Source: a virus
Lineage: Duplodnaviria > Heunggongvirae > Uroviricota > Caudoviricetes
Strand: one strand, 5' to 3'
Length of the DNA: 45,075 nucleotides
IMG/VR virus record: IMGVR_UViG_3300033121_001869
Location: 1-45,075 of that record
Each line of letters starts with the position of its first letter. Within the stretch, counting starts at the first letter, position 1. The position numbers and the translations under genes were made by a program. Below the pieces are notes generated by a model that saw only the letters and a program-made list of their open reading frames with translations, ran no database searches and was not told where the DNA came from. Below, piece after piece: positions 37,523 through 45,075 of this stretch.

Positions 37523-38222
37523 TAAGAATAATTTTTTCTCTAGTTGGTAAAAACTTACGATTATGCCAAGTTAGTTCATCCATCTTCCAATTTTGGTAAT
37601 AAGACCTATCAAAATTATCCGCTTGTCTCTTTCCAGCAGCGTGATGGTGGTGTTCAAATGTTGTTGAATCTTTAATTCTATCATCAATTAGAAGACCCAT
37701 ATCTTTCGCAACTAAATAAAGTTCACAATCACTAAACATGTGGTGATAAACAGGATTATAAATTATTTTATTCATCGCTGTTAAAGCAGAACCCTTCATT
37801 ATCGGAATAGTTATGGCTGGGTGTAACATATTTGATGAATCTGGAGCTTGATATCCATCACGAACAAAAAGTACTCCTTTTTTACCTTTTAATTTATTAA
37901 TAAGATACTCATCCCATTCATTTGGTGGTGTAAAATCATCAGATCCGAAAACAATTATATCATCTTCATCATATTCCAAAGTTGAAGATAATTTATAAGA
38001 TGGTAAACAAACTCCAGGATAAGGGGGATTAAAAACAACTATACGAAAGTCTTGATTAATAGATTCAAAATATTTTTTCAAATAGTCTTTTTCTGATTGA
38101 GTTGAAACCAAAACATGCACTTTAACACGCTCTTTAATTTTGGTAGCTTTATACCAATTACTATAAAATATAGGAAAATTGGATGTTCTTATCGTGCACC
38201 ATAGAAGATGTATTTTATTCAT
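37503..38222 (-). CDS. Putative GT-A/GT2-like glycosyltransferase
   Basis: CTIR, GSDD, WDE.L, Y.HMFSDCEL, EHHH. Confidence 0.65.
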   Translation of the reverse strand: MNKIHLLWCTIRTSNFPIFYSNWYKATKIKERVKVHVLVSTQSEKDYLKKYFESINQDFRIVVFNPPYPGVCLPSYKLSSTLEYDEDDIIVFGSDDFTPPNEWDEYLINKLKGKKGVLFVRDGYQAPDSSNMLHPAITIPIMKGSALTAMNKIIYNPVYHHMFSDCELYLVAKDMGLLIDDRIKDSTTFEHHHHAAGKRQADNFDRSYYQNWKMDELTWHNRKFLPTREKIILINANQD

Positions 38223-38856
38223 AATAGTAATTAAATTTTAATCCATTTGCGGTTTTTCTTTTACCATTACAAACAGAATTTATATTAGATCTTGGTATAT
38301 TAAGAGTATTTGAAGCATGACTTATGGAATCATATATAATTCCATTACTACAAAGTACTTTCTTTCTATGTTTTGATTTTCTTCCAGTTAGTGATTTAAT
38401 TAAAGCCATTTTATGTTCAATTGATAATTGGCAACCTTTTCTATTTGAAGGTTTACCACTATTAATTAAACTTAATTTAAGTTTAGTTTCTTGAGAATGT
38501 TTTTTCCCTATTTTACTATTTCTTATTTTTTCTATTGTTTCTTGAGAACATGCGGAGTTCTTACCACCAAATCCACAATTTAAACCAAAATTACCTGTGC
38601 TATTATATTTGTTAATGTAAAATATTTCTAATTTATTTAATTTTTCAATTAGTGTTATTTTATCTTCTTCCTCTATTGTTTCTAATATGTTAACAATATG
38701 ATTTTCAAATCCATGTTTTTTAATGCTATTAAAAATTTTTGGCTGACTAAAACATTTTAAATATTTATATTTTTTCATTCGATTATGAAAGTTTATTGTT
38801 TGTCCTATATAAATTTTATTTTTTGGATTTTTTATCATATAAATATTTCCGATCAT
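38215..38856 (-). CDS. GIY-YIG homing endonuclease (NUMOD3/NUMOD1)
   Basis: GNIYMI..IYIGQT..R..Y; HSQETKLKLS; YDSISHAS..VCNGKRKT. Confidence 0.9.
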   Translation of the reverse strand: MIGNIYMIKNPKNKIYIGQTINFHNRMKKYKYLKCFSQPKIFNSIKKHGFENHIVNILETIEEEDKITLIEKLNKLEIFYINKYNSTGNFGLNCGFGGKNSACSQETIEKIRNSKIGKKHSQETKLKLSLINSGKPSNRKGCQLSIEHKMALIKSLTGRKSKHRKKVLCSNGIIYDSISHASNTLNIPRSNINSVCNGKRKTANGLKFNYYYE

Positions 38857-38870
38857 TTAATATTTTTCTT

Positions 38871-39026
38871 TTATATATTAAATTTATGTGCTCCCCTTTT
38901 ATTTTTTTCTCTATATTTATACAATCTTTCATATGATTTGTGATTTCGACAACAAAATTTTGCATTCTCCCTCATTTCAGAAATATCTTTATTACAATTT
39001 CTATAAGAACACTTTCTCAACTTCAT
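38871..39026 (-). CDS. Small Cys/His zinc-finger protein, copy 2 (51 aa; not in ORF track)
   Basis: MKLRKCSYRNCNKDISEMRENAKFCCRNHKSYERLYKYREKNKRGAHKFNI; differences from copy 1 include many synonymous changes. Confidence 0.8.
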   Translation of the reverse strand: MKLRKCSYRNCNKDISEMRENAKFCCRNHKSYERLYKYREKNKRGAHKFNI

Positions 39027-39031
39027 ATTTG

Positions 39032-39059
39032 ATTATATGTGTTATTATTTTAATTGTTT
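39032..39059 (-). promoter_or_regulatory. AAAC-N18-TATAAT promoter
   Basis: Same spacing at 2150(+), 21821(+, TAGAAT), 35911(-) and 36797(-). Confidence 0.6.
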
Positions 39060-39111
39060 TTTAATATAAATGAAAAAAATTATGATTAAAATGGTGAGGA
39101 GATATAAATAA

Positions 39112-39708
39112 TTATATCTTTTGAATAATCTGTGGAATTGCACCCAATTCAAGAACCTTCTTCTGATCCAATAAAAATTCAACATCATAGAAATTAAAAC
39201 TGAAAGTTATTTCAAACTCCTTTGATGTAACTTTTTGTTGCGAATAATCAAATACATTTCCTCCTAAATTTTTTAAAATTATTTGGAAAAATTTTATTAA
39301 ATAGATGCCATCTCTATGAATATCTAAAGCTGTTATAGTAAATGGATTCAAAAATAAATGATCTGTATCTAAATAGTGTTTAGAAATTATATCAAACATT
39401 AACCAATAATTTAAATCAGAATCTACTGAAGCAAATTTAACTGTCATATCATGTCCAACAATGTCCTGAATATTCTTAGCTGGTTTATAAGCTATTTGTT
39501 TACCTCTTTTAATTGTTTGTGTGGGTGTTTCAATAGTTATACCTGGAAATGAAACAGATTTAATAGTTGAATTTAAATAATCTATCACATTTTCATACTG
39601 AACCCAATTCTTTTCTAAAATATTTTTATAATATGCTATTATCTCACTGGGCAAAAAGTCGCTCGGTAAGTTAAAGACAAATTGGGAGGACTGAGAGTTA
39701 ATTCTCAA
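39112..39708 (-). CDS. Putative tail tube / tail-completion (T4 gp19/gp3-fold-like) protein
   Basis: IKSVSFPGITI, TVKF..D...Y..MFD, FEITFSFNFY beta pattern; adjacent to large structural-type genes. Confidence 0.5.
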   Translation of the reverse strand: MRINSQSSQFVFNLPSDFLPSEIIAYYKNILEKNWVQYENVIDYLNSTIKSVSFPGITIETPTQTIKRGKQIAYKPAKNIQDIVGHDMTVKFASVDSDLNYWLMFDIISKHYLDTDHLFLNPFTITALDIHRDGIYLIKFFQIILKNLGGNVFDYSQQKVTSKEFEITFSFNFYDVEFLLDQKKVLELGAIPQIIQKI

Positions 39709-39717
39709 CTGATGGTT

Positions 39718-40974
39718 TTATTTTTTATCTGATATTATCAGTTGTTTTTCTAGAGTTTTTCTAATTTTATTCTGGTTGTATTTTATTCTAATTAATTTAA
39801 TGTCATTTTCCAAACACCATTTATTCTTACAATTATCTCTTTCTATTATTTTTTGAAATTCAAATTTACCACCAAATTCTTTTATTGGTTTAAAATGTTG
39901 AATTCCATCAAATTCAATACATATTTCTAATTCCGGTAAGTAAAAATCAAAGCTTAGTTTGTTTATATACCTACAAGTATCAAACCCATGTTGTCTTATA
40001 TATTTAATATTATTTTCTTCTAAATAACATTTAATATATTCCTCACCTACTGAATTAAATTTACATTCTGGACATCCTTGTCCTTTCATATGTTTGTGTA
40101 TATTTTGGGCAAATTCGTCATGTTCCTTACAAATAATGATAACTTTATTTTTCACACCTTCAAATTTTACCTTTGAATAATCATATTTATCAAAATGTAC
40201 TTTTTGAAACTCACACTTTAAAACATCATCATTCCATTTACCAATTCCAACACATTTAGGACATCCATCTGCAAGATTAATATGATTTGAAACTCGTTGA
40301 ATGAAAATTCCATGTTCCTTGCAAATTATCTCAACTTTTGATTTACTAGAATCAATTTGATTTACTAGCGAATAATCATATTTATCACCGTGTACCTCGT
40401 TAGACTTATATAAAAAATGATTTAAAGTTAATTTATTTGGCTTCATTCCCAATAAATGCCTATCTACCCGATATGACATTATATCATTTGTTAATTTATT
40501 ATGTATTTTAATTTTGTCAGTAGAGTAATAAGAATCCTTTTCAATTATATAGTTAAATAATCCATTATGTATTTCTTTCAATTTACTAACTAGTGAATTT
40601 GATTCTATTTTGGTCGGATTTATTCCATTTCTATGATGATCTGATAATTGTATATAAGTCAAATTATTTTCTTTATTTGTGATTTTTATATAATCAGATG
40701 ATTTTACAACATCACTTTCAATATAATAGTCAAAATTTTTTCGACTATATTGTTTTAAAAAATCCTCTTTTGTTATGGATATATTTCCAGCACATTTTGG
40801 GCAACCCTGACCATCTTTGTGATTTTTTGCACATTGTTCAAACACACCATGCTCTTTACAAATTATATTTATTTTAGTAGAAATATTAGTATAATCAACT
40901 AAAGAATAATCATACTTATTCCCATGTTTCTTTTTACACTTTGATATAAATTCTTCTTGCGTCAATCTTTTCAC
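39718..40974 (-). CDS. PD-(D/E)xK/Vsr-like homing endonuclease with repeated HGxKYDYS/CxxHG..GCPxC modules
   Basis: Repeats plus C-terminal GE..FDFYLP..IEFDGIQHF..D..KN.WC..LIRI. Confidence 0.85.
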   Translation of the reverse strand: MKRLTQEEFISKCKKKHGNKYDYSLVDYTNISTKINIICKEHGVFEQCAKNHKDGQGCPKCAGNISITKEDFLKQYSRKNFDYYIESDVVKSSDYIKITNKENNLTYIQLSDHHRNGINPTKIESNSLVSKLKEIHNGLFNYIIEKDSYYSTDKIKIHNKLTNDIMSYRVDRHLLGMKPNKLTLNHFLYKSNEVHGDKYDYSLVNQIDSSKSKVEIICKEHGIFIQRVSNHINLADGCPKCVGIGKWNDDVLKCEFQKVHFDKYDYSKVKFEGVKNKVIIICKEHDEFAQNIHKHMKGQGCPECKFNSVGEEYIKCYLEENNIKYIRQHGFDTCRYINKLSFDFYLPELEICIEFDGIQHFKPIKEFGGKFEFQKIIERDNCKNKWCLENDIKLIRIKYNQNKIRKTLEKQLIISDKK

Positions 40975-41005
40975 ATTTTATATATTAAATATAAAATGTG
41001 AAAAG
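40967..41005. repeat. Perfect 17-bp inverted repeat covering the endonuclease start codon
   Basis: CTTTTCACATTTTATAT-attaa-ATATAAAATGTGAAAAG. Confidence 0.9.
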
Positions 41006-41018
41006 TGGCCTGCTAATC

Positions 41019-42785
41019 TCAAGATAAACTGCTAGTTCCAGATATTGTAACTAATTTTCGAGTAACAAGTGCAGTGTTTCCTAAATCCTCTTCTTGAAGT
41101 ATTATATCACCAATAGTTGTTTCATTATTGATGATCGATTGCTCAGAGAATACCGTTTTAGCCTCTTTGGAATCTGATGGTAAAAATAATCCTGAATAAA
41201 GAATAGTCCTAACCCCATTATTATTTGTTGTTATATAAAATAAATTATTACCATTTACATATGATTTTTTTAAATCTTGATAAGAGCTTTGAGGCACTTT
41301 AAATGAGCAACTTCCAATTTTTAAATTGGAAGCATTTGGATTTAATCCAAATTCATAGTTATTTTTGTCTGATTTAAATGATAAGATTAAACTTTGAGAG
41401 TTTGTCAAATCCAAAAAGTCTAAACTATCCTGAGATTTCGTAGCCAAAGAAAATTTAATCATATTATCAAATGGTTCTATCAATATCTTAATGCCTCCAA
41501 TTGGGTGATAATTTAACAAAGTAGATTCTGATTTTGGATTTATATCATTATCCGAAAAAGCATATACCGAATTTATACTGATAAGTATTGGAGTATCAAT
41601 GTTTACTGTTACCTCCTGTTGATTTCCTCTAGTTAGTGAATCAACCTCAGCTAAATTTATATTCTTCTTAATATAAATTTTTGGTTTTTGTGTCTCTTGT
41701 ATTTTTATTTTTTTTAGATTCAATGAATATTTAGAGATTTGATCTGGCTTTAATCCATATGATGCGCTCCTTGTTAAAGTTGAATTATCAACCTTATCAA
41801 TTAGTCGCATTTCAACATTAATTATAGCATTTGTTGTTGAATATTTAATTATTGGTCTCCATTCAATTACCTCACTAAAATTTGAATCAATTGTAAATTT
41901 AACTGTTTTACCCTTTATATCTTGTTCAAAGATAGTTATCAAATATTCAATATAGTAAACTTTTCCAATTTTTAAGGATTGATCCATAAAAGATATGAAA
42001 TCATCAAATGAATTATTATAAAGTGGATATATTTCAAAATAATCACCAACAGATGATTCTTGCATATATAATTGAAGTTCTTGCAGATCGGGAGATTGTG
42101 AAACTTGTGTAGTAAAAGCATTGCTCAAAGTATAAAATCTCTGTGATCCAATTGTTTGTATATTTGTAATAAAACTAAAATCTATAAATATTGGAGATGT
42201 TAAAGAAATACCAACACCATTTGTTAAAACATCATTAATGCTATCCTCTGTTGCCACACCGAGAGTTCTATCTAGAGATAAAAATAAGGCTGATGGTATT
42301 TCAATTACAAGTTCCTTATCCCATAATCTATTTTCATATAATATTGATTTTACTGTTTCTATTCTACCTAATTTAGAATCATCATTTCTATCATAAAAGA
42401 AGCTAGATAAATTTATCAATTTTTTATTTGTGAAATCATAGATATAAACCTTTAAATGAATTCCCTGATATTCTCTAAAATTAAAATTAACTGGAAAATG
42501 AATCTTAAGAGTATCATGCTTTATCGGACCATCACTATTATAATTTGATATTTGTAGGAAATTGTATAATGTTGTATCAATCTTAGCATATTTATTTCTA
42601 ACTATATCTACCGGAAATAATTGGTCGTCAATCGAATTTCCACTTAGATTCCCACCAATATATGAAAGTTGATTATCTCTAATGTTATTTAATACTGAAA
42701 AGGATTCAGTTATGTAATTATTATCATCATATATCCATTCCAATAATATATCGCGATGTACTTTTTTAAATGCTGATGTTTTCAT
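41019..42785 (-). CDS. Large hypothetical, probably virion structural protein
   Basis: 588 aa beta-rich; paralog of the upstream gene (HFPVNFNF..GIHLKV; IEWRPIIKYSTT). Confidence 0.7.
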   Translation of the reverse strand: MKTSAFKKVHRDILLEWIYDDNNYITESFSVLNNIRDNQLSYIGGNLSGNSIDDQLFPVDIVRNKYAKIDTTLYNFLQISNYNSDGPIKHDTLKIHFPVNFNFREYQGIHLKVYIYDFTNKKLINLSSFFYDRNDDSKLGRIETVKSILYENRLWDKELVIEIPSALFLSLDRTLGVATEDSINDVLTNGVGISLTSPIFIDFSFITNIQTIGSQRFYTLSNAFTTQVSQSPDLQELQLYMQESSVGDYFEIYPLYNNSFDDFISFMDQSLKIGKVYYIEYLITIFEQDIKGKTVKFTIDSNFSEVIEWRPIIKYSTTNAIINVEMRLIDKVDNSTLTRSASYGLKPDQISKYSLNLKKIKIQETQKPKIYIKKNINLAEVDSLTRGNQQEVTVNIDTPILISINSVYAFSDNDINPKSESTLLNYHPIGGIKILIEPFDNMIKFSLATKSQDSLDFLDLTNSQSLILSFKSDKNNYEFGLNPNASNLKIGSCSFKVPQSSYQDLKKSYVNGNNLFYITTNNNGVRTILYSGLFLPSDSKEAKTVFSEQSIINNETTIGDIILQEEDLGNTALVTRKLVTISGTSSLS

Positions 42786-42786
42786 A

Positions 42787-45075
42787 TTATTGTTGTTTTA
42801 ATATTAGATATTTTTTTATTAATTCGTTAATATCACTATTTATAGGAATATTCGATCCAGTTATTAATATTGATTGTGGCTTAGAAAGCTTACTATTCAA
42901 ATAAGATGTCAAGTCTGATTTACTATTTGAGATAGTTTGTAATATATCCAAATCCTCAGGATTAAAATTATATATTTTAAAATATCCCAAAATTAAATCA
43001 ATAGTGGATTGAGTAATTGGTGATAAATTACCAGTTGACTTATCAACCTCAATTGAAGATAAGATTCCATATTCTTTCAAAGTAATAGAAAATCTTCTCA
43101 TATCTTTTGGCACTTGATATTTATTTATCCCATTAGTTGAATTAGTATTAAACTGATAATCATATGATATTTTCATAATATTGAATGTTTCCTCAACTAT
43201 TGAAGAAACCCAATATGGTTTCCAAGAATTATAAATTGTCGTTTCGATCTTTTTAAATTCATCAGAAGAGGAAAAATCAGTATTTGAATTTTTAGGCTGA
43301 ATATAATTAGTTTCTGATGTATTAGATGATGTAGGAACATTTAAATTATTGGACATTAAATCTTTAACATCATTCATCTTCTTTAATTCATTAGAATTAT
43401 TATTCTTCTTTTTCTTAGAAGTTAAAGCATTCTTATTGGAATTAAAGTCCTTTTCAATCTTAACAATATTAGGTGTTGAATCCCAAGGAGTATAAAATCC
43501 AGTATAAATTATTTCTTTGTTACCATTCAAAATTCCAGTAATGTAGAACAAGTTAAACCCAGATTGGTATATTTTTTTCAATTCAGAATATTTATCCTCA
43601 TTAATTTTAAAAACAATAGACCCAAACTCAAAATTATTCTGATCAGAATCCTGATATATCGAAAAAGTAATATTTTTCTTATCATTTCTGAATACAAGAC
43701 TTATATTAGAGTATAAACTCATATCCTTCATAGTATATTGTTTAATTGGATCAACTGCTAATAAATTGAATTTAAATATATTATCATATGGAAAGATGAA
43801 TAAATTTAATTGTCTATTAGACTTCCAAACTTTATTTAAATAATTAGCATCTATACCATCCAAAACAATATCATAACCCATAGAATATATTGTGAATGGT
43901 GTTTTATTAACTTTTAATGTCGTATTAACTGAATTTGTATTATTTATATCCAAATTAGGAGTATTGATTCCTTTTGCCTTGAATACTTTGATTTTTGTAG
44001 CTTTAGTTAAGTCTATTTTAGATATAAATTTTGAATAATTTGAAATTTCATCCTGTAATAAAACATAAGATGATTTTCTAACTATCTCAGACTCATCAAC
44101 AGCATCAATTAGTCGACATGTGACATCTATAATAGCAGTAGTTGTTGAATATTTAAAAATAGGTCTATATTCTATTTCATCTATAAAATTCTCAGTTATA
44201 AGTATTTTCTGGGAAGATGCTTTGATGTTTTTTTCATATGTATCTATTTGATATTCAAGGTAATATCTATTGCCAAATAAAATTGATTCTTCGATGAATT
44301 GATTAAATTCCCCAATTGAACCATTAAATGTGGCATATATCAAAAAGAAATCTCCTTGATTTGACTTTTCTATAACAACACCAAACTTTTCAAATTCGGG
44401 ATATTGTGGAAATGAAATGCTTTTCTTCTCAATAAGATTAAAAAAGAGTCCTCCATTGGATACTTGAACATTTTGTAAAAAGAAGAAATCAACAAATACA
44501 GGAGCATTTTTTGATAATCCGACACCATTACTTAAATTATAATTAATGGTATTTTCACGAGTTACATTCTGAACTCTTTGATCAGATATTTTATCCGGAG
44601 ATGGAAATTGTATCTCAATATATTTACCCCAACTTGTTTCAAACTGATATAATGGAGGACTAGCATATTCCAACTCAAATGTTTGATCCATATTACTAAT
44701 ATTGAAGAGATAATTTGATAAATCGATAAACTTTTGATTATTAAAATCTAAAGTAAATACTCTCAAATGAAATCCCTTAAAATCATCAAATGTGTAATTA
44801 ATTGGCATATGAACACGCACTTTATCATATCGAATCGGTATGGAAATTCCATAATCCTTTTTTTGAATAAAAGAATATGAATTTATATCTAACTGACCAT
44901 ATTGACCCTGATCACTATTTAATTTAACTGCTTGATTAGCAAAATATTTACTAATAGTACTGCCATTCTCAATTACAGATTTTAATAAAATATTATTTCT
45001 TGTCTCAGGCAGGGTTGATAAAAATGAATTTACTGATGTATTTGAATTAAAAACAATCGAATAAGGCTCACTTAT
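42787..45075 (-). CDS. Large hypothetical, probably virion structural protein (5' end beyond the window)
   Basis: Frame stays open from 44820 to the window edge (ISEPYSIV.. aligns with ITESFSVL of the paralog); HMPINYTF..GFHLRV; IEYRPIFKYSTT. Confidence 0.75.
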   Translation of the reverse strand: MSEPYSIVFNSNTSVNSFLSTLPETRNNILLKSVIENGSTISKYFANQAVKLNSDQGQYGQLDINSYSFIQKKDYGISIPIRYDKVRVHMPINYTFDDFKGFHLRVFTLDFNNQKFIDLSNYLFNISNMDQTFELEYASPPLYQFETSWGKYIEIQFPSPDKISDQRVQNVTRENTINYNLSNGVGLSKNAPVFVDFFFLQNVQVSNGGLFFNLIEKKSISFPQYPEFEKFGVVIEKSNQGDFFLIYATFNGSIGEFNQFIEESILFGNRYYLEYQIDTYEKNIKASSQKILITENFIDEIEYRPIFKYSTTTAIIDVTCRLIDAVDESEIVRKSSYVLLQDEISNYSKFISKIDLTKATKIKVFKAKGINTPNLDINNTNSVNTTLKVNKTPFTIYSMGYDIVLDGIDANYLNKVWKSNRQLNLFIFPYDNIFKFNLLAVDPIKQYTMKDMSLYSNISLVFRNDKKNITFSIYQDSDQNNFEFGSIVFKINEDKYSELKKIYQSGFNLFYITGILNGNKEIIYTGFYTPWDSTPNIVKIEKDFNSNKNALTSKKKKNNNSNELKKMNDVKDLMSNNLNVPTSSNTSETNYIQPKNSNTDFSSSDEFKKIETTIYNSWKPYWVSSIVEETFNIMKISYDYQFNTNSTNGINKYQVPKDMRRFSITLKEYGILSSIEVDKSTGNLSPITQSTIDLILGYFKIYNFNPEDLDILQTISNSKSDLTSYLNSKLSKPQSILITGSNIPINSDINELIKKYLILKQQ

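Noticed and set aside
7678-40974. Group I introns or inteins housing the endonucleases
   Set aside because: Flanking genes are complete, spacers are too short for intron cores, and no intein splice motifs were seen
1-45075. Alternative genetic code (TAG or TGA recoding as in some megaphages)
   Set aside because: Genes are full length in code 11; TAG ends the PfkB kinase at its natural terminus and TGA is used in many ATGA overlaps
1-45075. CRISPR array, rRNA, integrase or transposase
   Set aside because: No spaced repeats or recognisable motifs seen

Overview
Very AT-rich, gene-dense, standard-code (TAG is a real stop) segment that reads as part of a large lytic dsDNA (jumbo, T4-like/myovirus-type) phage genome, probably infecting Bacteroidota. 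Evidence for this: a Bacteroidota-type TonB receptor, ClpC, a DUF4468-like protein and a lipoprotein, and A-rich leaders without Shine-Dalgarno sites. Contents: tRNA-Arg(TCT) plus an inverted tRNA 3' fragment; an N4/N6 DNA methylase; a coupled TonB receptor-PnuC-(LOG pseudogene)-NadR vitamin/NAD salvage operon; a Cys-tailed small protein next to a radical SAM enzyme; M28 peptidase, Pth2-like protein, N-domain-less ClpC and an I78-like inhibitor; a ~21 kb sugar-synthesis/glycosylation island; an M15 endolysin; eight free-standing homing-endonuclease-like genes; and tail/structural genes at the right end. By eye I also found two promoter classes (TAATATATA; AAAC-N18-TATAAT), an N-terminal MKHLKxFNE tag on about ten unrelated proteins, a C-terminal RDxKIxxIL tag on four others, and unannotated tiny regulator ORFs (two Zn-finger paralogs, one ribbon-helix-helix) directly upstream of endonuclease genes with a shared GGAG-N10-TAATATATA element. 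All family calls come from motif recognition, not database searches.
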